The notes beneath the pieces were generated by a model, which worked only from the letters and a program-made list of their open reading frames with translations, was not told where the DNA came from and did not search any database. The translations under genes and the position numbers were made by a program. A stretch of DNA of 64,000 bases from Owenia fusiformis (taxonomy: Eukaryota), in assembly GCA_903813345.2 (NCBI GenBank), contig CAIIXF020000001.1, positions 22,382,001 to 22,446,000 of the forward strand, in the 5' to 3' direction. This document shows, piece after piece, positions 29,101 through 41,100 of this stretch; the stretch's first letter is position 1, and each line of letters begins with the position of its first letter.

Positions 29101-32100
29101 GCTATTAATGCCACGATGGGTATGCCAGTCAGTCAATATACATAATCCATGCATTGTCTGACTCTTTAGCTTCAATTTGGTGAATATTTCATACACACAC
29201 TCAAGCTGTAATCATGACAAAGATAGAAGCGAAACTTTGAAAAAGCCCTGAACAATGGGGATGGCATATTCACCTAGTTACCATAGTAACATCATATTGG
29301 ATTAACATAGGCATTGCCAGGGGGTGCGATGGGTGCGCCCCATAAACAAAAAAAATAGAACCATTAAATAGAAGAAGAGCTTTAAAATCATTTTGACCTG
29401 AAGCTTCTAGCTCAGTTTTGAAGGAAGGTGCATCAATTTTTGTAAAATTCAAAACAAATCTTAAAAACATTTTTGGGTTGCTTATGCCACAATCGCAATC
29501 CCCCTCTCCTGACTGAACGCTGGCTGCACCCCTGATTTATAATTGCCATTATGACATCATAACATAACACAATCCAAATTAAATAATTTTCTATAGTTAT
29601 TAGATTATTTTCTGTCATCATATTTTAAAAAGAATACATGTGTCAGTCAGCTAGTCAACATGTAAAATTTCCCAAAGAATTCTTTTTACATCAGATAGTT
29701 TTGCTACGTGCTGTAACCATAGCAACAGCATAAATTGGACACTTTCATTACATTTTTGATTCATTCAGTTTTTATGACCATGCACGTATGAATGAAATAA
29801 AATTATAAACTTAACTTAAAGAAACAACCTAATTAATTAGTTAAAAACATTGCTGACTATTTTAAAGACAATAATTTCACAGATTAATACATCATGATTA
29901 AGATAAAATATGCAAGAACAAACATTTATGACGTCATGATCAATATGCAAATCATCCTATTTGCATAGTTTACTTACTGTCTGATTGCTCTATCTATTAC
30001 CTTTGATTTGGTGCGCATTTCATCTAAATCTGAGCAATAATGAAGAAGATAGGGGCCAAACACTGAAAAGAGCCCCTAAAAGTGGGTGGGGCATATCTAC
30101 TTTGTTACCATGGCAACGCCATAGTTGATTTAGAATTGTTAATATATCCTGATTGCATTATCTATAACTTTCAATTTGGTCTGAATTTCATCAAAATCTG
30201 AGCAATAATGGTGGAGATGGGGGCCAAACACTGAAAAGAGCCCCTAAAAACGGGCGTGGCATATTTACTTGGTTACCATAGCAACGGCATCGCAGATTCA
30301 GAATTGCCCATAATATTTCTTGATCATACTTTATATGTGTAAAGAAATAGAATGTAAATCAATCATTGTTTTCAGCTTTGACCTACTTTTATGGTGAATG
30401 TCAAAGGACAAGATACCAATTTGGAATCATCTTGAGCAATTTTACTTTATTTCAAGAAAATAATCACGAAACCAGCTATGGTAGTCATACCATAACAGGT
30501 ATATCAGTCTGTCAATCTACATTCCCCATGCATCGTCTGATTCATTAGTTTCCATTTGATGAAAATTTCATATACACCAGAGATATCATCATGACAACTG
30601 ATAGAATCAAGACTTTGGAAAAGACCTGAAAAGTGGGGATGGCATATTCACCTGAATACAACAGCTAACATAGGCATAGCCAGGTGGTGTGATTGGGGCA
30701 ACCCCCCCCCCCCATTTACCAATAAAAATAGAACCATTACAGCAGGAGAGCCAAGACGTCATTTCCATTGTTCTTTCGGCAGAAGAGCTTTAAAAATGCT
30801 TTTGACTTGAAGCTTTTAGCTCAATTTTGAAGGAATTTTTGTAAAATTCAAGTCAAATTAAACTTTTTTGAGTTGCTTATGCCGATATCGCACGCCCTCC
30901 CCCCTGATTGAAAGCTGGTTGCGCCCCTGATTAATAATTGCCATTATGGCATCATAATATAACACAATCCAAATTAGATAATTTTCTATCGTTATTAGGT
31001 TATTTTCTGCCAGCCATCAAATTTTAAAAGGAATACATGTCAGTCAAATAGTCAAAATGTAACATTTCCCAAAGAATTGTTTTCACAGCAGATAGTTTTG
31101 CAACATACTGTTACCATAGCAACAGCTTGAATTGGATATTTTCATTACATTTTTTCAATTTTTATGACCATACATGTATGAATGAAATAAACTAATAAAC
31201 TCATCGAAAAGAAATGAACTAATTAACTACTTAAAAGCATTACTGACCATTTTAAAGACAATAATTTCCCAGATTTATACATCATGATTAAAATAAAATA
31301 TGCAAGAACAAACGGTTATGACGTCATAATTAATATGCAAATCACCTTATTTGCATATTTTATAAACCGTTTGATTGCTCTTTCCATGACCTTTCATTTG
31401 GTACAAATGTCACCTAAATCTGAGCAATATTGACGAAGATAGGGACCAAACACTGAAAAGAGCCTCTAAAAGTGGGTGTGGGATATTTACTTTGTTACCA
31501 TAGCAACGCCATATCGGATTCAGAATTGCCAACTTAATATTTCCTGATTGCATTATTCATTATCTTCCATTTGGTGTGAATTTCATCTAAATCTGAGCAA
31601 TAATGACAGAGATACACAGAGATACACTGAAAAGAGCCCCTAAAAGTGGGCGTGGCATATTTACTTGGTTACCATAGCAACGCCGTCGCGGATTCAGAAT
31701 TGCCAACATCATTTTTCTTGATCAGTATCACTTCTAGTTCATGAAAACATATGTCGCTTAGCTCGCCTCTAAAAAGGACACGGAACCTCTTATTTGGACT
31801 TTTGCTCCCACACTATGACTATTAAAATAAAATGATATGTTTGTTGTTTACCATGACAATTTTAGGTCTCTTGATGTGGTTTATTTACAATATTGAACAG
31901 TCTATCTTTAGAGGATTGATAATTATATGCTCTACTAGTTTATGAAACACTACCTCCTGTGTGAGTCCTTGAATGTATATTCAGCAAAACCATCTGACAT
32001 GACAAATTGTGGTAGATAGTGACTCTGCTTAGTCATGGTGGAGAGGCCTGTCATAATCACAGGTGTAATAGCTGTAGGGAAGCATGTTTGTGACTTGGGA

Positions 32101-35100
32101 AGAATTGCTTTCACCATTACTCCAACCTTCATTGGATTCACTGAATGAAAGATTTGTAAACATTTACATTTATTTATTAGGTCATCGATTTGATTTCTTT
32201 GACTCAGGCATAATATCCCTCCAGATCTTTGTTCAAGACTTCCCAGATCTTTCCTTAATTCTCCAAAATCTTTGATCAAAGATCTCTTGACTTGCCACAT
32301 ATGCAAACGAAGATCTCTTAGCTTACCACATATGCAATCAAAGATCTCTCAACTCACCACATATACAATCAAAGATCTCTCAACTCACCATATTTACAAT
32401 CAAAGATCTCCATCTCAACACATATGCAATCAAAGATCTCTCCACTCAACACATATGTAATCAAAGATCTCTTAACTCACCATATATACAATTAAAGATC
32501 TCTCAACTCAACACATATGCAATCAAAGATCTCTCAACTCACCATATATACAATTAAAGATCTTTCAACTCAACACATATGCAATCAAAGATCTCTCAAT
32601 TCAACACATATGCAATCAAAGATCTCTCAACTCAACACATATGCAATCAAAGATATCCCAACTCAACACATATGCAATCAAAGATCTCTCAGCTCACCAC
32701 ATATGCAATCAAAGATCTCTCAACTCACCACATATGCAATCAAACATCTCTCAACTCACCATATATACAATCAAAGATCTCTCAATTCACCACATGTGCA
32801 ATCAAAGATCTCTCAGCTCAACACATATGTGCTCAAAGATCTCTCAACTCACCACATATACTATCAAAGATCTCTCAGCTCAATACATAGTACTATGCAA
32901 TCAAAGATCTCTCAACTTACCATATATACAATTAAAGATCTCTCAACTCAACACATATGCAATCAAAGATCTCTCAACACATATGCAATCAAAGATCTCT
33001 CAACTCACCAAATATGCAATCATAGATCTCTCAACTCACCATATACAGGGTGTCAAATAAGTCCCGTCCCCCCCCCTACAGCCAAAACAGGAAAAGATGG
33101 TACATAGTGTGATATACCATTGGAAAGATCGTCCAAAGTTAAGTTGATTGGCATATATCTGACACTTGTCAATCAATGTCACAAATTGCTACATTGTTGC
33201 AATTAAGGTGCCCGTATATATAAAAAGGCGGCAATTCAGCAGATTTTTGAAAACCAGGCATCAGTAATGCCATTCAAGAAAAGTCTGTCAAGATGGCAAC
33301 ATATGTATCTGATAGTGAGATACAACAATTTGTAGATAGAGTAAGATGTGTTGCATACAGAGAGGCAGTGGACAGTGGTGCAGACTTTATTTGTAAGAAA
33401 TGGATAGCGAAGAAGATTAAAAGATCTGACAAGTTTGTTCAAAGATGCTGGAAAAAGCCGTATGATGAACTTGTTACACAATCAAGATGTGGTGCTCCCG
33501 AAGTCCTTTCTCCTGCATCAAAGGAAGTTATATGGGATGGATCAGCTAAAAAGAGAAAGAGTTGTACTGAAGTGGCCAGAGATATCAAGATGAAGCGTGG
33601 CAAGGTGGTGTCAAGACAATTGGTGCACAATTATCGTGTTCGCGAAGGCCTTAAGGCATGGCACATTATTCCTAGACCATTGAAGAATGAATCCCAAAAA
33701 GCAGATCGCCTTTGGTTTATTAACTTTTTGAGAGATTGGGATGAGGATGACTTCCTCCATTTGGCTCCTTCTGATGAGTTTTTTTGTGTATACAATAAGA
33801 AAGCCAAACCATCAGAATGACCGTGTATGGGCTAAACGGCGTGATGATTGTAGTGATTTGCTAGTGCGAGAACAGTTGGCATGGCCCCAATGCATAGGGA
33901 TTTTCCTCTTATTTACGGCAAAGAAGATGATGTGGATTATTAAAGAGGATGGTCAGAAATGGACCGGGGATTACTTCCGTGATACAGTTTTAAGGGGGAG
34001 GGTAATACCCTTTCTAAGAAATCCTCAGAATGTGATTGAGCCATCCCAAGTGACTTTGTTACATGATAAGGCCCCTTGTATGAAGGCATTGGCTACACAA
34101 GATCTCCTCAAGCAGTCAAAAATTGACTTTTTTGGGAATGATGACTATCCTAGTAATAGTCCGGACTGTAATGCGTGCGAACATATGGGATCCATAGTTA
34201 AGGATAGAACAGAGGCACTTATGGATGAGGAACCCATAGAGAACAGAAATTCAAAGGATGCTTTATTAAAAAACTTGAAGAAAGTACTAAAAAGTCTTGA
34301 AAATGCACATGAACTTTTTGACGTTTTGCTTAAGTCATATCCGTCTCGTTTTGACGCCATAAAAGCTGCTGGAGGGGGACATACCAACTATTAAAGAAAT
34401 CATCAGAATAAAGGTAAATGTCATCTAAACTACTTGAGAGTTGGTGAGTTAATGTAACTTTGGATGATCTTTCCAATGGTATATCACACTATGTACCATC
34501 TTTTCCTGTTTTGGCTGTAGGGGGGGGGACGGGACTTATTTGACACCCTGTATACAATCAAAGATCTCTCAACTCACTACATATGCAATCAAAGATCTCT
34601 CAACTCACCACATATGCAATCAAAGATCTCTCAACTCACCATATATACAATCAAAGATCTCTCAACTCACTACATATGCAATCAAAGATCTCTCAACTCA
34701 CCACATGTGCGATCAAACTTACTCACCACATATGCAATCAAGGATCTCTCAACTCACCACTTATGCAATTAAAGATGTCTCAACTCAACACATATGCAAT
34801 GGAAGATCTCTCAACTCACCACATATTCAATCAAAGATCTCTCAACTCACCACATATACAATCAAAGATCTCTCAACTCACCACATATATGATCATCTTC
34901 ATCTGAGCCATCTTGGCAGTCCACAATGCCATCGCAACCCTACAATCAAGAAAAGCATATCTATCATATGACATATATACTTCTGTCACTACTACCAGTA
35001 TAGTAAATATTTTTCATGTTCTTAATGAGTTACATGGGTTAATGATTTCAAACGTAGTATTTCATACCAACATTGAATGTATGCATTCTCCTGAGTCCCT

Positions 35101-38100
35101 GCAGCGAAACTGTCATTTCCTTGCACAATGGTCAGCTGAAGTCAGGAAGTGTAGATGCAAATGATCACTTCTCAGGTGTTAACTTCAAAAGTTATTCATA
35201 CTGAGAGGTAAATTTTGTCACTGTATTCCAATAGGAGTTTTCTCTAGAATCAGTATTCTTCTCAAATTTGAAATTTTACTATCAAAATATTTATCTTGTA
35301 AGAGCTTTGAGTGAGATTATAGCAATGTATTTTAAGTTGTCCTTCAATATAACAAGGAATTCCAAAGCAGGAAGTACCCCAAATCCTTGCATATCCGTTC
35401 ATATAATTTTCGCTTGGTGGCCAGTCAGTTTTTACTATTTCAGCCCTGGTAATAAACAGTGGTAATAATACTAATAAAGTCATTAAGTCATTTCTGTGTG
35501 CAAAATAATGAAATATTGGACCTTCGGTCTTCAGCCCTTGGTCCAATATTTCACTATATTGCCCTTTAAAATGACGTTATTTTGCTATTGGTTATGATGC
35601 TTATTCTCTTGTTTTAAGAACTTACACATTTTATAAGATTCTTCTGCTAGGCCCTCCGAAGTTCTCTTTGAATTCTGCAGCCGCTCGAGTTTAAACATAT
35701 TGTCTTTATACAATCTTTGAAACCTTTTTTCAACACTAAAAACAAGATTATCAAGATTGATCTATCTACTGTTTTTTTTTATTTCATTTAACAAACATCT
35801 GTCTTAGTTTCACTTATTGGTGGCTATTTTTAGCTCACATGGTGAGCTTTTGCAATCACTCACTTGTCCGTCTGTCTGTCCGTCCGTCCGTCTGTACGTC
35901 CGTCCGTCTGTACGTCCGTCCGTCTGTCCGTCAACAATAGTGGCACGTTTTAAAACCTCTGTTGATAGGATTCCTGTTTTAAGTTATTTCTGATCAACAT
36001 CAATACAGAAAACCCCCCTATGACTCCTGGTTCAAAAGCTCGCCTATTTTCAAAATGGCCGTCACTTTTGTCTCGCGAAATTCACTTTTAGCCCATTTCC
36101 TAGCTAACCTCTGTCGATAGGATTCCTGTTTTAAGTTATTTCTGTTCAACATCAATACAGAAAACCTCCCTATGACTCCTGGTTCAAAAGCTCGCCTATT
36201 TTCAAAATGGCCGTCACTTTTGTCTCGCGAAATTCACTTTTGGCCCATTTCCTAGCTTTACAAATAATTTCAGGTGTCCTACATTGTAAAAATCCATGTC
36301 AATGTAAAGATTAGATATATGAAATAATTTTGTTACAAAAAATCAGCGAAAAATTGTATCCATTTTTTTATTTTCAGCCATTTTAGTTAACATTGATTTG
36401 TCTATCTGACTCGCGAAATCCACTTTCTGTCAATAACAGTGGCAGTGTGGCACGTTTTAAAACCTCTGTCGATAGGATTCCTGTTTTAAGTTATTTCTGT
36501 TCAACATGAATTCAGAAAACTCCCCTATGACTCCTGGTTCAAAAGCTCGCCTATTTTCAAAATGGCCGCCATTTTTGTCTCGCGAAATTCACTTTTGACC
36601 CATTTCCTAGCTTTACAAATAATTTCAAGTGTCCTACATTGTAGAAATCCATTGCAAAGTAAAGAGTAGATGTATGAAATAATTTTGTTACGAAAAATCA
36701 GCGAAAAATTATATCCATTTATTTATTTTCAGCCATTTTAGTTAACATTGATTTGTCCATCTGTCTCGCAAAATTCACTTTTGGACCATTTACCTTAAAA
36801 CCTCTGTCGATAGGATTCCCATTTTAAGTTATTTTTGTTCAACATCAATACAAAAAACTCTCCTATGACTCTTGGTTTAAAAGCTCGGCTATTTTCAAAA
36901 TGGCCGTCACTTTTGTCTCGCGAAATTCACTTTTGACCCATTTCCTAGCTTTACAAATAATTTCAGGTGTCCTACATTGTAAAAATCCATGTCAATGTAA
37001 AGGGTAGATATATGAAATAATTTTGTTACAAAAAATCAGCGAAAAATTGTATCCATTTTTTTTCTTTTAAGCCATTTTAGTTAACATTGATTTGTCTATC
37101 GGACTCGCGAAATCCACTTTCTGTGGCACGTTTTAAAACCTCTGTCGATAGGATTGCTGTTTTAAGTTATTTCTGTTCAACATCAATTCAGAAAACTCCC
37201 CTATGACTCCTGGTTCAAAAGCGAAAAATTGTATCCATTTTTTTTCTTTTAAGCCATTTTAGTTAACATTGATTTGTCTATCGGACTCGCGAAATCCACT
37301 TTCTGTGGCACGTTTTAAAACCTCTGTCGATAGGATTGCTGTTTTAAGTTATTTCTGTTCAACATCAATTCAGAAAACTCCCCTATGACTCCTGGTTCAA
37401 AAGCTCGTCTATTTTTACCCTGCGTGCAGAGTCTAGTTAAACTACACTCTGCCTAGTAGAGACCATATTACAGTTTAATAGCCCCACCCCCTCGACGGGT
37501 ACCGGTGACAGTTTGGGTAAAACACTTTTGACCTACGCGCTGCCCTTCCACCAATCAGCGAGCTTCAAGAAACATACGCCAAATGCGTTCTAATTAAATA
37601 TTCGCATGGCATTGGTCAATTCCGGGCTCAATGATGACGTCAGAAGGAATGACCATATAAAGAATGTCGGTCAAATTTGGCCAACGAAAACTGATTGGCG
37701 CGGTGAGTTCACAGGTTTATTTTAGTTTGAAAGAGTGAAGACGAAGCTCTCTTTTAAGAAGTGAAGTCAAACGAATGCAAAGGGTAGCCTATTTTCAATA
37801 TGGCCGCCATTTTTGTCTCGCGAAATTCACTTTTGACCCATTTCCTAGCTTTACAAATAATTTCAAGTGTCCTACATTGTAAAAATCCATGTCAATGTAA
37901 AGAGTAGATGTATGAAATAATTTTGTTACGAAAAATCAGCGAAAAATTATATCCATTTATTTATTTTCAGCCATTTTAGTTAAGATTTGATTTGTCCATC
38001 TGTCTCGCAAAATCCACTTTTGGACCATTTACCTTAAACCCTCTGTCGATAGGATTCCCATTTTAAGTTAATTTTGTTCAACATCAATACAAAAAACTCT

Positions 38101-41100
38101 CCTATGACCCTTGGTTCAAAAGCTCGCCTATTTTCAAAATGGTTGCCATTCTTGTTCCGCGAAATTCACTTTTTGCCCATTTCCTAGCTTTACATTTTAG
38201 CTTTAATTTCAGCTGTCCTGCATTGTAAAAAGCCATGTCACTGTTAAAGGTAGTTCTATGAAGTAATTTTGTTACAAAAAATCAGCAAAATATTATATCC
38301 GTTTTTTTATTTTCAGCCATTTTAGTTAACATTGATTTGTCCATCTGTCTCGCGAAATCCTCTTTTAGACCATTTGCTCAAAACCTCTGTCGATAGGATT
38401 CCAGTTTCAAGTTATTTTTGTTCAACATCAATACAAAAAACTCCCTTATGACTCCTGGTTCAAAAGCTTGCCTGATTTCAAAATGGTCGCCATTTTTGTC
38501 TCGCGAAATTCAATTTTGGCCCATTTCCTAGCTTTACAAATAATTTCAGGTGTCTTGCATTGCAAAAAGCCATGTCACTGTAAAGAGTAGTTGAATGAAA
38601 TAATTTTGTTGCAAATTATTGGCAAAAAATTATATCCGTTTTTTTTTCAGCCATTTTAATTGACTGAGAGACAGATGGCTTGAAATAATTTTGTAACAAA
38701 AAATCAGCAAAAAATTATATCCGTTTTTTTCTGTCACCATGTGAGCCCAGTACCCATGGTACTAATTTTTAAAATAGCAGCCATGGCCATTTCATGGGAT
38801 TTGCTACGCCTTGATGTTGTTTTTATCACAATGTTGTTTTTATCTAATTTTCACATTTACCTGTCAATTCTGCTCTCTTGGTAGTCTAGTTTATGATCTA
38901 TGATCTTAGGAGAAACCTTGAGTTGAGATCCACTAAGTTCACAGTCACATGTTGCCTCAAGTCTTCGTATTATGTAGATGGCCACAATCAGGACCAACAA
39001 GTTCCTTGCTATCATTCCCAGACAGTTTAACAACATCTTGTGCGAATATATAGAGTAAACTAAAGAATTATTCTAAACAAAACCTTTTTCTAATGTGAAT
39101 ATCTTGCAAATACCTGAAGTCTGTGATAAAACTCATGAACATTTGTATTATTCAATGATGTTTGGGAGGGATATAGAGAAGCTATCTATTTGTCCGTCAG
39201 TTAGTGTATCAAGGTCATAACTCAAATACTGTTTGTCAGATTAAGCTCAAGTTAACGAAGCTGATCCCTAGTGTGCATAAGTCCTCTGCTGAAGAAAAAA
39301 TTTATTGTATGGCTGCATTGAAAATGACCACCATTTTTGAATAAAACCGCTTATAATAAGGTTAACAATCTCTGTTTAAGAGGGGATTTTCAATATGGCC
39401 TCCAAATTCAAATAATCAACATCTTTTTTCAAAATCTCAGTCATTTTTCCTTCAACTTCAATGTTGTTGGATAGATTGATTATAAATATATATGATAAGA
39501 ATAAGTGAATTGATAATATATAATTATATTATGGAGAAACTATGAGTACCGGGTTTTAGGAGGATTAATAGCCGAGGGCCAATAGCCCCAATGCTATCAA
39601 TTTGATTTCGTTTGTATTGACTATGAGGTAAGTGTTTTGAGAAGTGAGTGGGTGTAATTAGTTCAGCTTCAGTGCACTGCATGTAAGAGGTCAGGAACAG
39701 TTTACAGTGATCTCCACAGGATTTTTCTAAAGTGGGTGCAAAATTCTCATTTTCACAATTCAGACCAAAATTGGTCAAAATATGCCCACTTTTCATAATT
39801 TTTTTATTTTCAAGTGGGTGCAAATGAATTATCAGGTGGGTGCAACCTTATTTTTAAAATCTTACTTTAATGCTTGGGAGATCACTGGTTTAAAATTTGA
39901 TTTATTTTGTGTTTACTATTCAACTATTGAGTGAATGAAAGGGTTTTAGTAAGATGCATGTGACAGTACAGGTGTAAACATGAGACAAAAATTGTCAATC
40001 TTTTTTTTTTATACCAAACTGGGTTTGGATAGCTATGCCAAGTGTCCATTCTTTGAAAATAATAGAAAGAGAATACACTCTTTGTTACAGCTGTATATTC
40101 TTTAAATTATTATTATTGGGATATAGTCATCATACTGGTCGTGGTCGTGATCGTGTTCGTGATCGTGATCGTCCCGCTTTTTGTCATCGCCGTTTAAGGA
40201 AAACTGCTCATCAGATTTTCTCCAAATTCGCAGAGATGATAGAGCATATGAAGTACTAGAGCTGATTAACTTTTGGGTTGCCATCTTGTTGGTGTTACTT
40301 ACTGTTTAGTATAAAAGGCATGATCCCGGAATAAAACTCAAGGGTACACAGGATTGAGGTCAGTGTGTCAACACCTTTTCTTGTTTATCTAGCAATAATA
40401 TAGTATAGATGGTCACACATTTATAAAAGGGAGATTTTTATTTTATTTTACTTTTTTTATGGGTGAAGTTTAGGATCTTCTTTTTGTGTGTAATAGAAAA
40501 ATATTGACATCTAAATTTGATAACCATCAGGTATTAGCATATAGTATAGCTTCTGAAATGATCTACAAATGAAGCAAAGCAGTTTGGATGAATACAAGGA
40601 TATATTGGCTGTTTTACATGCATCCTTTGGATAACTCACTCACTCAATGCTGACAGAATCATTGTAAACAGATTATTTTATCTCCATGACGATTTCAATA
40701 AACTAGAATTTAGAAACTCAACCTTATCTCATAAAAATGGACTAATCCATTTGACTCGCCTGGAGCCACCATATTGTTTTTGTACAGGAAACTTATCGTA
40801 ACCCTTTAATCATAGAAAACATTAGAGTCAACATACAATTAACTTGCTGTTATAATTCATCCTCTCATCAAATGAAAATATCAGTATAAGAATCATCAAG
40901 GACAGAACTTTCCTAAAATGAATAAGAACTAATTAATGAGCTGGAATGTTTATAAGATTCATTTCTACAGATAAAATTCTAATATTCAGGTTCTTTAGTA
41001 TTTGCTTCATATTCTTTTTTTCGTTTTTGAACCATTGTGTGAATAACTCCGCTGCACATGCTTTGTGTCTTTTCTGTCATAATTCGGGCACATTTTGTAC

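Larger units (their letters stand above)
32272..34890. repeat. 31-bp minisatellite (CATATGCAATCAAAGATCTCTCAACTCACCA)n, split by a transposon
   Basis: Roughly 25 units at 32272-33045 and 11 at 34551-34890; minus strand reads TATGTG|GTGAGTTGAGAGATCTTTGATTGCA. Confidence 0.95.
26513..39015 (-). pseudogene. Extracellular haemoglobin (erythrocruorin) linker chain-like gene, 6 exons, ~262 codons, in-frame TGA at 35113-35115
   Basis: Exons 39015-38861, 35735-35626, 35135-35068, 34939-34882, 32140-31954, 26723-26513, all GT-AG with matching phases. Protein: signal peptide MIARNLLVLIVAIYIIRRLEA, TCDC, coiled coil (LDYQESRIDSVEKRFQRL), LDLa DHCARK*QFRCRDSGECIHSMLGCDGIVDCQDGSDEDDHIC, then VNPMKVG..QTC..SHYLPQFV..SLDRLCSSTHF. 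TATATA at ~39047-39052. Confidence 0.72.

Noticed and set aside
33779-33785. Programmed ribosomal frameshift in the transposase
   Set aside because: Needs a +1 shift with no evident stimulatory signal; a homopolymer indel is simpler.
32272-34971. Overlapping repeat ORFs (MQSKISQLTTYAIKDLSTHHICNQRSL...)
   Set aside because: Translation of a 31-bp minisatellite cycling through three frames; not a gene.
35113-35115. TGA as selenocysteine
   Set aside because: Not at an LDLa cysteine position (all six are present) and no SECIS recognised.
40035-40284. RD/HD-repeat ORFs
   Set aside because: (CGTGAT)n microsatellite in a repeat-element fragment.
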